A stretch of 64,000 bases of DNA from Squalus acanthias (lineage: Eukaryota): contig CM059433.1 of NCBI GenBank assembly GCA_030390025.1, positions 29,886,001 through 29,950,000 on the forward strand, read 5' to 3'. The translations under genes and the position numbers were made by a program. Shown piece by piece: positions 11,321 to 27,927 of the stretch (position 1 is the stretch's first letter; each line of letters begins with the position of its first letter). Below the pieces are notes generated by a model. The model was not told the origin of the DNA. It saw only the letters and a list, made by a program, of their open reading frames with translations, and ran no database searches.

Positions 11321-13675
11321 AAAGAAATATACCACAACAGAGAAAGATACAGCAACACAGAAATATACAACAAGACTGAAATATACCACAAAACAGAAAT
11401 ATACAACACAGAAATATACCACAACACAGAAATATACAACAACACAGAAATATACAACAACAAAGAAATATACAACAACACTGAAATATACCACAACACA
11501 GAAATATATAACACAGAAATATACCACAACACAGAAATGTACAACACAGAAATATACAACACAGAAATATACCACAACACAGAAATATACTACAACACAG
11601 AAATATACAACACAGAAATGTACAACACAGAAATGTACAACACAGAAATATACAACAAGACTGAAATATACCACAACACAGAAATATACAACACAGAAAT
11701 ATACCACAACACAGAAATATACAACAACACAGAAATATACAACAACAAAGAAATATACAACAATACTGAAATATACCACAACACAGAAATGTACAACAAC
11801 ACAGAAATATACAACAACACAGAAATATGCAACACAGAAATTTACAACAACACAGAAATATTAAACAACACCGAAATATACAACACTGGAATATGCCTGA
11901 AACCAGAGGTATATAACAACACAGAAAAATGCAACAATGCTGAAATATACAACAACACTAAAATATACAACACAGAAATATACCACAACACAGAAATATA
12001 CAACACAGAACACTACCATCACACAGAAATATACAACACAGAAATATAGAACTACACAGAAATATACAACACAGAAATATACAATGCAGAAATATACCAC
12101 AACACAGAAATATACAACAACACAGAAATATACAACACAGAAATACAACATGGAAATATTCAACACAGAAATATACCACAACACAAAAATATACAACAAC
12201 ACAGTAATGTACAACAACACAGAAATATATAACAACACAGAAATATACAACAACACAGAAATGTACAACAACACAGAAATATATAACAACACAGAAATAT
12301 ACCACAACACAGAAATATACAACAACGCAGAAATATACAACAACACTGAAATATACAACACAGAAATATACCACAACACAGAAATATACAACACAGAAAT
12401 ATACATCACAGAAATATACAATATAACAGAAACATTCAACACAGAAATATACAGCACAGAAATATACAACAGAGAAATATACAACATAGAAATATACCAC
12501 AAAACAGAAATATACAACAACACAGAAATTACCACAACACAGAAATATACATCACAGAAATATACAACACATTAATATACCAACACACAGAAATATACAG
12601 CAACACAGAAATATGCAACAACACAGAAATATACAAGAACACAGAAATATACAACACAGAAATATACAACACAGAAATATACAACACAGAAATATACATC
12701 ACAGAAATATACAATATAACAGAAACATTCAACACAGAAATATACAGCACAGAAATATACAACAGAGAAATATACAACATAGAAATATACCACAAAACAG
12801 AAATATACAACAACACAGAAATTACCACAACACAGAAATATACATCACAGAAATATACAACACATTAATATACCAACACACAGAAATATACAGCAACACA
12901 GAAATATGCAACAACACAGAAATATACAAGAACACAGAAATATACAACACAGAAATATACAACACAGAAATATTCAGCAACACCGAAATGTATCAGAACA
13001 CAGAAATATACAATGCAGAAATATACCACAACACAGAAATATACAGCAACAAAGAAATGAACACCACAGAAATATACCACAACACAAAAATATACAACAA
13101 CACAGAAATGTACAACAACACAGAAATATATAACAACACAGATATATACAAGAACACAGAAATGTACCGCAACACTGAAATATACAACACAGAAATATAA
13201 AACAAAGAAATATACAACACAGAAATATACCACAACACAGAAAAATACAACAACACAGAAATATATCACAACACAGAAATATACAACAAGGCTGAAATAT
13301 ACAACAACACAGAAATATACAACAACACAGAAATATACCACAACACAGAAATAAACAACACAGAAATATACCACACCACAACACAGAAATATTCCACACA
13401 GGCATGTACCACAACACAGAAATATACAACAACACAGAAATATACCACAACACAGAAATATACAACACAGAAATATACAACAAAGAAATATACAACACAG
13501 AAATATACCACAACACAGAAATATACAACAATGCAGAAATATACAACAACACTGAAATATACAACACAGAAATATACCACAACACAGAAATATACAACAC
13601 AGAACTCTACCATCACACAGAAATATACAACACTGAAATATAGAACTACACAGAAATATACAACACATAAATATA

Positions 13676-14566
13676 GGGGGAGAAATTCAGTATCGCCCCA
13701 TTTGGGGCGCAATTATCGGCCGGGCGCAAAGATTAGCGCCTGGCGTTAATTATCGCCACCGACTGCAAACTTGACTTTTATCGCCCCTGGAGGTGATTGG
13801 AGCACTAAATCAGGAGCTTCACACCTGCCTTAAGGCGCAAAGGCCGATGAGCGAGGCGCTACCTCAGAGCGCTGGCGAAGCTCATGTGATGTCAGTCAGC
13901 AATGGAACACACACACAATGGCACCGGTCAGTTCTTAAAGGGGATGGTTGATCTTGCTTTCCATCCACATCCTGCTCATTGCAGCCTTGAATCCCGGCCT
14001 GGAGAGACCTGCACATCAAATCTGCTGGAAAGAACAATGGAGAGTACCAGGGAAAGAGCTTAGAGTGCAGCCCCAACAGTCTCTTCTAAATCGATACAAG
14101 GAATGGCAAATCAAAATGAACCTGCAAAGTGCTACTCAGTACCCAAAACTCCTTCACACAGCATTGAATCTCTCCAGAAGTCTCTCTCTCTCTCTCAGAA
14201 TGCGTGGTTGAAAAATGGCACCAACGATAAAAGGCAGGAAGCGGTCGCCTTTAAATAGTGCTCCCCCAGTCACTTCATGACTGCAAAACGCTCCCCTCAA
14301 CCTGTCGTTGCTAGCGTCAGGCGGTAAGGCAGGGGGCGACACTCAATATCTGCTCCGGGACGATACCGGGGCGTTGCGCACTCGACTGACGTCATGATCT
14401 GCCGGCGCAGGAGATCGTGGCAGTAGTGTTTAGCGCCGCCGCAAAATGTCTAGTTAATTTCACGAGGGGAGCAAACATCGCCGCGCCTGGGCGCTAGATG
14501 CTTTGCGCCCCATTAGCGCACTCTTAAGGTGCTAACGGGAGGCGCAACCAACTGCATTTTCCCCCC
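13676..14566. mobile_element. Element B copy 2
   Basis: Same length and flanks as copy 1. Private substitutions lie near the right end (GCGCACTC; ACTGCATTTTCCCCCC within the TIR). Confidence 0.85.
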
Positions 14567-14840
14567 ATACAATGCAGAAATATACCACAACACAAAAATA
14601 TACAACAACACAGAAATGTACAACAACACAGAAATATATAACAACACAGAAATATACAGGAACACAGAAATATACCACAACACAGAACTATACAACAACA
14701 CAGAAATATACCACAACACAGAAATGAACAACAACACAGAAATATACCACAACACAGAAATATACCACAACACAGAACTATTCAACAAGACTGAAATATA
14801 GCACAACACAGAAATATACAACAACACAAAAATATACCAC

Positions 14841-17800
14841 CTCTCCACACTTGCACCAATGACTCACCTCCACAGCGGATTTTCGATCCCTCTCACCCCC
14901 GCAGACCCACTGCTCGCCTCGTTGACCCTGGCGGGGTTTCCCGACATTGGGAAGCCTGCACTTGCAGGGGTAAAATGGTGTTAAGCCTCTCAACTGCCTG
15001 TTAACTACCTGTTAACAGGCAGTTAATTGTCTGTAATCCCCTTCCCGCCTCGAGAAGACGGATCCATGCGTGAATCGGGGACCCACCTCCCGAGAAGATG
15101 TCATGGAGGCGGGTTGTGAGCGGGGTTGGGACCCGCTCCCAATTTCTGCCATTTTCCTGGCAATCCCGCCTCCATATCGGCCTCCCCAGGGCTGGGAAAT
15201 TCCCCCCGAAGAATTATACCACAACAGAGAAAGATACAGCAACACAGAAATATACAACAAGACTGAAATATACCACAAAACAGAAATATACAACACAGAA
15301 ATATACCACAACACAGAAATATACAACACAGAAATATACAACACAGAAATATACCACAACACAGAAATGTACAAAACAGAAATATACAACACAGAAATAT
15401 ACCACAACACAGAAATGTACTACACAGAAATATACAAGACTGAAATATACCACAACACAGAAATATACAACACAGAAATATACCACAACACAGAACTATA
15501 CAACAACACAGAAATATTCCACAACACAGAAATGAACAACAACACAGAAATATACCACAACACAGAAATATACCACAACACAGAACTATTCAACAAGACT
15601 GAAATATAGCACAACACAGAAATATACAACAACACAAAAATATACCACCTCTCCACACTTGCACCAATGACTCACCTCCACAGCGGATTTTCGATCCCTC
15701 TCACCCCCGCAGACCCACTGCTCGCCTCGTTGACCCTGGCGGGGTTTCCCGACATCGGGAAGCCTGCACTTGCAGGGGTAAAATGGTGTTAAGCCTCTCA
15801 ACTGCCTGTTAACTACCTGTTAACAGGCAGTTAATTGTCTGTAATCCCCTTCCCGCCTCGAGAAGACGGATCCATGCGTGAATCGGGGACCCACCTCCCG
15901 AGAAGATGTCATGGAGGCGGGTTGTGAGCGGGGTTGGGACCCGCTCCCAATTTCTGCCATTTTCCTGGCAATCCCGCCTCCATATCGGCCTCCCCAGGGC
16001 TGGGAAATTCCCCCCAAAGAAATATACCACAACAGAGAAAGATACAGCAACACAGAAATATACAACAAGACTGAAATATACCACAAAACAGAAATATACA
16101 ACACAGAAATATACCACAACACAGAAATATACAACAACACAGAAATATACAACAACAAAGAAATATACAACAACACTGAAATATACCACAACACAGAAAT
16201 ATATAACACAGAAATATACCACAACACAGAAATGTACAACACAGAAATATACAACACAGAAATATACCACAACACAGAAATATACTACAACACAGAAATA
16301 TACAACACAGAAATGTACAACACAGAAATGTACAACACAGAAATATACAACAAGACTGAAATATACCACAACACAGAAATATACAACACAGAAATATACC
16401 ACAACACAGAAATATACAACAACACAGAAATATACAACAACAAAGAAATATACAACAATACTGAAATATACCACAACACAGAAATGTACAACAACACAGA
16501 AATATACAACAACACAGAAATATGCAACACAGAAATTTACAACAACACAGAAATATTAAACAACACCGAAATATACAACACTGGAATATGCCTGAAACCA
16601 GAGGTATATAACAACACAGAAAAATGCAACAATGCTGAAATATACAACAACACTAAAATATACAACACAGAAATATACCACAACACAGAAATATACAACA
16701 CAGAACACTACCATCACACAGAAATATACAACACAGAAATATAGAACTACACAGAAATATACAACACAGAAATATACAATGCAGAAATATACCACAACAC
16801 AGAAATATACCACAACACAGAACTATTCAACAAGACTGAAATATAGCACAACACAGAAATATACAACAACACAAAAATATACCACCTCTCCACACTTGCA
16901 CCAATGACTCACCTCCACAGCGGATTTTCGATCCCTCTCACCCCCGCAGACCCACTGCTCGCCTCGTTGACCCTGGCGGGGTTTCCCGACATCGGGAAGC
17001 CTGCACTTGCAGGGGTAAAATGGTGTTAAGCCTCTCAACTGCCTGTTAACTACCTGTTAACAGGCAGTTAATTGTCTGTAATCCCCTTCCCGCCTCGAGA
17101 AGACGGATCCATGCGTGAATCGGGGACCCACCTCCCGAGAAGATGTCATGGAGGCGGGTTGTGAGCGGGGTTGGGACCCGCTCCCAATTTCTGCCATTTT
17201 CCTGGCAATCCCGCCTCCATATCGGCCTCCCCAGGGCTGGGAAATTCCCCCCAAAGAAATATACCACAACAGAGAAAGATACAGCAACACAGAAATATAC
17301 AACAAGACTGAAATATACCACAAAACAGAAATATACAACACAGAAATATACCACAACACAGAAATATACAACAACACAGAAATATACAACAACAAAGAAA
17401 TATACAACAACACTGAAATATACCACAACACAGAAATATATAACACAGAAATATACCACAACACAGAAATGTACAACACAGAAATATACAACACAGAAAT
17501 ATACCACAACACAGAAATATACTACAACACAGAAATATACAACACAGAAATGTACAACACAGAAATGTACAACACAGAAATATACAACAAGACTGAAATA
17601 TACCACAACACAGAAATATACAACACAGAAATATACCACAACACAGAAATATACAACAACACAGAAATATACAACAACAAAGAAATATACAACAATACTG
17701 AAATATACCACAACACAGAAATGTACAACAACACAGAAATATACAACAACACAGAAATATGCAACACAGAAATTTACAACAACACAGAAATATTAAACAA

Positions 17801-19726
17801 CACCGAAATATACAACACTGGAATATGCCTGAAACCAGAGGTATATAACAACACAGAAAAATGCAACAATGCTGAAATATACAACAACACTAAAATATAC
17901 AACACAGAAATATACCACAACACAGAAATATACAACACAGAACACTACCATCACACAGAAATATACAACACAGAAATATAGAACTACACAGAAATATACA
18001 ACACAGAAATATACAATGCAGAAATATACCACAACACAGAAATATACCACAACACAGAACTATTCAACAAGACTGAAATATAGCACAACACAGAAATATA
18101 CAACAACACAAAAATATACCACCTCTCCACACTTGCACCAATGACTCACCTCCACAGCGGATTTTCGATCCCTCTCACCCCCGCAGACCCACTGCTCGCC
18201 TCGTTGACCCTGGCGGGGTTTCCCGACATCGGGAAGCCTGCACTTGCAGGGGTAAAATGGTGTTAAGCCTCTCAACTGCCTGTTAACTACCTGTTAACAG
18301 GCAGTTAATTGTCTGTAATCCCCTTCCCGCCTCGAGAAGACGGATCCATGCGTGAATCGGGGACCCACCTCCCGAGAAGATGTCATGGAGGCGGGTTGTG
18401 AGCGGGGTTGGGACCCGCTCCCAATTTCTGCCATTTTCCTGGCAATCCCGCCTCCATATCGGCCTCCCCAGGGCTGGGAAATTCCCCCCAAAGAAATATA
18501 CCACAACAGAGAAAGATACAGCAACACAGAAATATACAACAAGACTGAAATATACCACAAAACAGAAATATACAACACAGAAATATACCACAACACAGAA
18601 ATATACAACAACACAGAAATATACAACAACAAAGAAATATACAACAACACTGAAATATACCACAACACAGAAATATATAACACAGAAATATACCACAACA
18701 CAGAAATGTACAACACAGAAATATACAACACAGAAATATACCACAACACAGAAATATACTACAACACAGAAATATACAACACAGAAATGTACAACACAGA
18801 AATGTACAACACAGAAATATACAACAAGACTGAAATATACCACAACACAGAAATATACAACACAGAAATATACCACAACACAGAAATATACAACAACACA
18901 GAAATATACAACAACAAAGAAATATACAACAATACTGAAATATACCACAACACAGAAATGTACAACAACACAGAAATATACAACAACACAGAAATATGCA
19001 ACACAGAAATTTACAACAACACAGAAATATTAAACAACACCGAAATATACAACACTGGAATATGCCTGAAACCAGAGGTATATAACAACACAGAAAAATG
19101 CAACAATGCTGAAATATACAACAACACTAAAATATACAACACAGAAATATACCACAACACAGAAATATACAACACAGAACACTACCATCACACAGAAATA
19201 TACAACACAGAAATATAGAACTACACAGAAATATACAACACAGAAATATACAATGCAGAAATATACCACAACACAGAAATATACCACAACACAGAACTAT
19301 TCAACAAGACTGAAATATAGCACAACACAGAAATATACAACAACACAAAAATATACCACCTCTCCACACTTGCACCAATGACTCACCTCCACAGCGGATT
19401 TTCGATCCCTCTCACCCCCGCAGACCCACTGCTCGCCTCGTTGACCCTGGCGGGGTTTCCCGACATCGGGAAGCCTGCACTTGCAGGGGTAAAATGGTGT
19501 TAAGCCTCTCAACTGCCTGTTAACTACCTGTTAACAGGCAGTTAATTGTCTGTAATCCCCTTCCCGCCTCGAGAAGACGGATCCATGCGTGAATCGGGGA
19601 CCCACCTCCCGAGAAGATGTCATGGAGGCGGGTTGTGAGCGGGGTTGGGACCCGCTCCCAATTTCTGCCATTTTCCTGGCAATCCCGCCTCCATATCGGC
19701 CTCCCCAGGGCTGGGAAATTCCCCCC
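14841..19726. mobile_element. Element A copies 10-14 (14841-15207, 15649-16015, 16886-17252, 18123-18489, 19360-19726) with intervening satellite
   Basis: Spacings 808, 1237, 1237 and 1237. Confidence 0.65.
15649..19359 (+). repeat. Three tandem 1237-bp higher-order units
   Basis: Identical ORF sets recur at 15878, 17115 and 18352 (and 19589). Confidence 0.95.
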
Positions 19727-22081
19727 AAAGAAATATACCACAACAGAGAAAGATACAGCAACACAGAAATATACAACAAGACTGAAATATACCACAAAAC
19801 AGAAATATACAACACAGAAATATACCACAACACAGAAATATACAACAACACAGAAATATACAACAACAAAGAAATATACAACAACACTGAAATATACCAC
19901 AACACAGAAATATATAACACAGAAATATACCACAACACAGAAATGTACAACACAGAAATATACAACACAGAAATATACCACAACACAGAAATATACTACA
20001 ACACAGAAATATACAACACAGAAATGTACAACACAGAAATGTACAACACAGAAATATACAACAAGACTGAAATATACCACAACACAGAAATATACAACAC
20101 AGAAATATACCACAACACAGAAATATACAACAACACAGAAATATACAACAACAAAGAAATATACAACAATACTGAAATATACCACAACACAGAAATGTAC
20201 AACAACACAGAAATATACAACAACACAGAAATATGCAACACAGAAATTTACAACAACACAGAAATATTAAACAACACCGAAATATACAACACTGGAATAT
20301 GCCTGAAACCAGAGGTATATAACAACACAGAAAAATGCAACAATGCTGAAATATACAACAACACTAAAATATACAACACAGAAATATACCACAACACAGA
20401 AATATACAACACAGAACACTACCATCACACAGAAATATACAACACAGAAATATAGAACTACACAGAAATATACAACACAGAAATATACAATGCAGAAATA
20501 TACCACAACACAGAAATATACAACAACACAGAAATATACAACACAGAAATACAACATGGAAATATTCAACACAGAAATATACCACAACACAAAAATATAC
20601 AACAACACAGTAATGTACAACAACACAGAAATATATAACAACACAGAAATATACAACAACACAGAAATGTACAACAACACAGAAATATATAACAACACAG
20701 AAATATACCACAACACAGAAATATACAACAACGCAGAAATATACAACAACACTGAAATATACAACACAGAAATATACCACAACACAGAAATATACAACAC
20801 AGAAATATACATCACAGAAATATACAATATAACAGAAACATTCAACACAGAAATATACAGCACAGAAATATACAACAGAGAAATATACAACATAGAAATA
20901 TACCACAAAACAGAAATATACAACAACACAGAAATTACCACAACACAGAAATATACATCACAGAAATATACAACACATTAATATACCAACACACAGAAAT
21001 ATACAGCAACACAGAAATATGCAACAACACAGAAATATACAAGAACACAGAAATATACAACACAGAAATATACAACACAGAAATATACAACACAGAAATA
21101 TACATCACAGAAATATACAATATAACAGAAACATTCAACACAGAAATATACAGCACAGAAATATACAACAGAGAAATATACAACATAGAAATATACCACA
21201 AAACAGAAATATACAACAACACAGAAATTACCACAACACAGAAATATACATCACAGAAATATACAACACATTAATATACCAACACACAGAAATATACAGC
21301 AACACAGAAATATGCAACAACACAGAAATATACAAGAACACAGAAATATACAACACAGAAATATACAACACAGAAATATTCAGCAACACCGAAATGTATC
21401 AGAACACAGAAATATACAATGCAGAAATATACCACAACACAGAAATATACAGCAACAAAGAAATGAACACCACAGAAATATACCACAACACAAAAATATA
21501 CAACAACACAGAAATGTACAACAACACAGAAATATATAACAACACAGATATATACAAGAACACAGAAATGTACCGCAACACTGAAATATACAACACAGAA
21601 ATATAAAACAAAGAAATATACAACACAGAAATATACCACAACACAGAAAAATACAACAACACAGAAATATATCACAACACAGAAATATACAACAAGGCTG
21701 AAATATACAACAACACAGAAATATACAACAACACAGAAATATACCACAACACAGAAATAAACAACACAGAAATATACCACACCACAACACAGAAATATTC
21801 CACACAGGCATGTACCACAACACAGAAATATACAACAACACAGAAATATACCACAACACAGAAATATACAACACAGAAATATACAACAAAGAAATATACA
21901 ACACAGAAATATACCACAACACAGAAATATACAACAATGCAGAAATATACAACAACACTGAAATATACAACACAGAAATATACCACAACACAGAAATATA
22001 CAACACAGAACTCTACCATCACACAGAAATATACAACACTGAAATATAGAACTACACAGAAATATACAACACATAAATATA

Positions 22082-22972
22082 GGGGGAGAAATTCAGTATC
22101 GCCCCATTTGGGGCGCAATTATCGGCCGGGCGCAAAGATTAGCGCCTGGCGTTAATTATCGCCACCGACTGCAAACTTGACTTTTATCGCCCCTGGAGGT
22201 GATTGGAGCACTAAATCAGGAGCTTCACACCTGCCTTAAGGCGCAAAGGCCGATGAGCGAGGCGCTACCTCAGAGCGCTGGCGAAGCTCATGTGATGTCA
22301 GTCAGCAATGGAACACACACACAATGGCACCGGTCAGTTCTTAAAGGGGATGGTTGATCTTGCTTTCCATCCACATCCTGCTCATTGCAGCCTTGAATCC
22401 CGGCCTGGAGAGACCTGCACATCAAATCTGCTGGAAAGAACAATGGAGAGTACCAGGGAAAGAGCTTAGAGTGCAGCCCCAACAGTCTCTTCTAAATCGA
22501 TACAAGGAATGGCAAATCAAAATGAACCTGCAAAGTGCTACTCAGTACCCAAAACTCCTTCACACAGCATTGAATCTCTCCAGAAGTCTCTCTCTCTCTC
22601 TCAGAATGCGTGGTTGAAAAATGGCACCAACGATAAAAGGCAGGAAGCGGTCGCCTTTAAATAGTGCTCCCCCAGTCACTTCATGACTGCAAAACGCTCC
22701 CCTCAACCTGTCGTTGCTAGCGTCAGGCGGTAAGGCAGGGGGCGACACTCAATATCTGCTCCGGGACGATACCGGGGCGTTGCGCACTCGACTGACGTCA
22801 TGATCTGCCGGCGCAGGAGATCGTGGCAGTAGTGTTTAGCGCCGCCGCAAAATGTCTAGTTAATTTCACGAGGGGAGCAAACATCGCCGCGCCTGGGCGC
22901 TAGATGCTTTGCGCCCCATTAGCGCCCTCTTAAGGTGCTAACGGGAGGCGCAACCAACTGAATTTTCCCCCC
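22082..22972. mobile_element. Element B copy 3
   Basis: Near-identical to copy 1, with the same ATA TSD and flanks. Confidence 0.85.
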
Positions 22973-23228
22973 ATACAATGCAGAAATATACCACAACACA
23001 AAAATATACAACAACACAGAAATGTACAACAACACAGAAATATATAACAACACAGAAATATACAGGAACACAGAAATATACCACAACACAGAAATATACC
23101 ACAACACAGAAATGAACAACAACACAGAAATATACCACAACACAGAAATATACCACAACACAGAACTATTCAACAAGACTGAAATATAGCACAACACAGA
23201 AATATACAACAACACAAAAATATACCAC

Positions 23229-25211
23229 CTCTCCACACTTGCACCCATGACTCACCTCCACAGCGGATTTTCGATCCCTCTCACCCCCGCAGACCCACTG
23301 CTCGCCTCGTTGACCCTGGCGGGGTTTCCCGACATCGGGAAGCCTGCACTTGCAGGGGTAAAATGGTGTTAAGCCTCTCAACTGCCTGTTAACTACCTGT
23401 TAACAGGCAGTTAATTGTCTGTAATCCCCTTCCCGCCTCGAGAAGATGGATCCATGCGTGAATCGGGGACCCGCCTCCCGAGAAGATGTCATGGAGGCGG
23501 GCTGTGAGCGGGGTTGGTACCCGCTCCCAATTTCTGCCATTTTCCTGGCAATCCCGCCTCCATATCGGCCTCCCCAGGGCTGGGAAATTCCCCCCGAAGA
23601 ATTATACCACAACAGAGAAAGATACAGCAACACAGAAATATACAACAAGACTGAAATATACCACAAAACAGAAATATACAACACAGAAATATACCACAAC
23701 ACAGAAATATACAACACAGAAATATACAACACAGAAATATACCACAACACAGAAATGTACAAAACAGAAATATACAACACAGAAATATACCACAACACAG
23801 AAATGTACTACACAGAAATATACAAGACTGAAATATACCACAACACAGAAATATACAACACAGAAATATACCACAACACAGAACTATACAACAACACAGA
23901 AATATACCACAACACAGAAATGAACAACAACACAGAAATATACCACAACACAGAAATATACCACAACACAGAACTATTCAACAAGACTGAAATATAGCAC
24001 AACACAGAAATATACAACAACACAAAAATATACCACCTCTCCACACTTGCACCAATGACTCACCTCCACAGCGGATTTTCGATCCCTCTCACCCCCGCAG
24101 ACCCACTGCTCGCCTCGTTGACCCTGGCGGGGTTTCCCGACATCGGGAAGCCTGCACTTGCAGGGGTAAAATGGTGTTAAGCCTCTCAACTGCCTGTTAA
24201 CTACCTGTTAACAGGCAGTTAATTGTCTGTAATCCCCTTCCCGCCTCGAGAAGACGGATCCATGCGTGAATCGGGGACCCACCTCCCGAGAAGATGTCAT
24301 GGAGGCGGGTTGTGAGCGGGGTTGGGACCCGCTCCCAATTTCTGCCATTTTCCTGGCAATCCCGCCTCCATATCGGCCTCCCCAGGGCTGGGAAATTCCC
24401 CCCGAAGAATTATACCACAACAGAGAAAGATACAGCAACACAGAAATATACAACAAGACTGAAATATACCACAAAACAGAAATATACAACACAGAAATAT
24501 ACCACAACACAGAAATATACAACACAGAAATATACAACACAGAAATATACCACAACACAGAAATGTACAAAACAGAAATATACAACACAGAAATATACCA
24601 CAACACAGAAATGTACTACACAGAAATATACAAGACTGAAATATACCACAACACAGAAATATACAACACAGAAATATACCACAACACAGAACTATACAAC
24701 AACACAGAAATATACCACAACACAGAAATGAACAACAACACAGAAATATACCACAACACAGAAATATACCACAACACAGAACTATTCAACAAGACTGAAA
24801 TATAGCACAACACAGAAATATACAACAACACAAAAATATACCACCTCTCCACACTTGCACCAATGACTCACCTCCACAGCGGATTTTCGATCCCTCTCAC
24901 CCCCGCAGACCCACTGCTCGCCTCGTTGACCCTGGCGGGGTTTCCCGACATCGGGAAGCCTGCACTTGCAGGGGTAAAATGGTGTTAAGCCTCTCAACTG
25001 CCTGTTAACTACCTGTTAACAGGCAGTTAATTGTCTGTAATCCCCTTCCCGCCTCGAGAAGACGGATCCATGCGTGAATCGGGGACCCACCTCCCGAGAA
25101 GATGTCATGGAGGCGGGTTGTGAGCGGGGTTGGGACCCGCTCCCAATTTCTGCCATTTTCCTGGCAATCCCGCCTCCATATCGGCCTCCCCAGGGCTGGG
25201 AAATTCCCCCC
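23229..25211. mobile_element. Element A copies 15-17 (23229-23595, 24037-24403, 24845-25211)
   Basis: Spacings 808 and 808. Copy 15 is the GGTACC subtype. Confidence 0.65.
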
Positions 25212-27560
25212 AAAGAAATATACCACAACAGAGAAAGATACAGCAACACAGAAATATACAACAAGACTGAAATATACCACAAAACAGAAATATACAACAC
25301 AGAAATATACCACAACACAGAAATATACAACAACACAGAAATATACAACAACAAAGAAATATACAACAACACTGAAATATACCACAACACAGAAATATAT
25401 AACACAGAAATATACCACAACACAGAAATGTACAACACAGAAATATACAACACAGAAATATACCACAACACAGAAATATACTACAACACAGAAATATACA
25501 ACACAGAAATGTACAACACAGAAATGTACAACACAGAAATATACAACAAGACTGAAATATACCACAACACAGAAATATACAACACAGAAATATACCACAA
25601 CACAGAAATATACAACAACACAGAAATATACAACAACAAAGAAATATACAACAATACTGAAATATACCACAACACAGAAATGTACAACAACACAGAAATA
25701 TACAACAACACAGAAATATGCAACACAGAAATTTACAACAACACAGAAATATTAAACAACACCGAAATATACAACACTGGAATATGCCTGAAACCAGAGG
25801 TATATAACAACACAGAAAAATGCAACAATGCTGAAATATACAACAACACTAAAATATACAACACAGAAATATACCACAACACAGAAATATACAACACAGA
25901 ACACTACCATCATAGAAATATACAACACAGAAATATAGAACTACACAGAAATATACAACACAGAAATATACAATGCAGAAATATACCACAACACAGAAAT
26001 ATACAGCAACACAGAAATATGCAACAACACAGAAATATACAAGAACACAGAAATATACAACACAGAAATATACAACACAGAAATATACAACACAGAAATA
26101 TACATCACAGAAATATACAATATAACAGAAACATTCAACACAGAAATATACAGCACAGAAATATACAACAGAGAAATATACAACATAGAAATATACCACA
26201 AAACAGAAATATACAACAACACAGAAATTACCACAACACAGAAATATACATCACGGAAATATACAACACATTAATATACCAACACACAGAAATATACAGC
26301 AACACAGAAATATGCAACAACACAGAAATATACAAGAACACAGAAATATACAACACAGAAATATACAACACAGAAATATTCAGCAACACAGAAATGTATC
26401 AGAACACAGAAATATACAATGCAGAAATATACCACAACACAGAAATATACAGCAACAAAGAAATGAACACCACAGAAATATACCACAACACAAAAATATA
26501 CAACAACACAGAAATGTACAACAACACAGAAATATATAACAACACAGATATATACAAGAACACAGAAATGTACCGCAACACTGAAATATACAACACAGAA
26601 ATATAAAACAAAGAAATATACAACACAGAAATATACCACAACACAGAAAAATACAACAACACAGAAATATATCACAACACAGAAATATACAACAAGGCTG
26701 AAATATACAACAACACAGAAATATACAACAACACAGAAATATACCACAACACAGAAATAAACAACACAGAAATATACCACACCACAACACAGAAATATTC
26801 CACACAGGCATGTACCACAACACAGAAATATACAACAACACAGAAATATACCACAACACAGAAATATACAACACAGAAATATACAACAAAGAAATATACA
26901 ACACAGAAATATACCACAACACAGAAATATACAACAACGCAGAAATATACAACAACACTGAAATATACAACACAGAAATATACCACAACACAGAAATATA
27001 CAACACAGAAATATACATCACAGAAATATACAATATAACAGAAACATTCAACACAGAAATATACAGCACAGAAATATACAACAGAGAAATATACAACATA
27101 GAAATATACCACAAAACAGAAATATACAACAACACAGAAATTACCACAACACAGAAATATACATCACAGAAATATACAACACATTAATATACCAACACAC
27201 AGAAATATACAGCAACACAGAAATATGCAACAACACAGAAATATACAAGAACACAGAAATATACAACACAGAAATATACAACACAGAAATATACAACACA
27301 GAAATATACATCACAGAAATATACAATATAACAGAAACATTCAACACAGAAATATACAGCACAGAAATATACAACAGAGAAATATACAACGTAGAAATAT
27401 ACCACAAAACAGAAATATACAACAACACAGAAATTACCACAACACAGAAATATACATCACAGAAATATACAACACATTAATATACCAACACACAGAAATA
27501 TACAGCAACACAGAAATATGCAACAACACAGAAATATACAACAACACAAAAATATACCAC

Positions 27561-27927
27561 CTCTCCACACTTGCACCCATGACTCACCTCCACAGCGGAT
27601 TTTCGATCCCTCTCACCCCCGCAGACCCACTGCTCGCCTCGTTGACCCTGGCGGGGTTTCCCGACATCGGGAAGCCTGCACTTGCAGGGGTAAAATGGTG
27701 TTAAGCCTCTCAACTGCCTGTTAACTACCTGTTAACAGGCAGTTAATTGTCTGTAATCCCCTTCCCGCCTCGAGAAGACGGATCCATGCGTGAATCGGGG
27801 ACCTGCCTCCCGAGAAGATGTCATGGAGGCGGGTTGTGAGCGGGGTTGGGACCCGCTCCCAATTTCTGCCATTTTCCTGGCAATCCCGCCTCCATATCGG
27901 CCTCCCCAGGGCTGGGAAATTCCCCCC
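27561..27927. mobile_element. Element A copy 18 (variant)
   Basis: 2716 bp after copy 17. Carries GCACCCATG and a private ACCTGCCTCC. Confidence 0.65.

Noticed and set aside
25074..26606. 510-aa ORF (and its twin at 34211-35743) with a unique N-terminus from element A
   Set aside because: It starts at GTG. Its extension beyond 288 aa comes from a small frameshifting deletion that changes the repeat frame. The ATG-start version (MDPC) exists only in the subtype with GATGGA in place of GACGGA. No recognisable domain.
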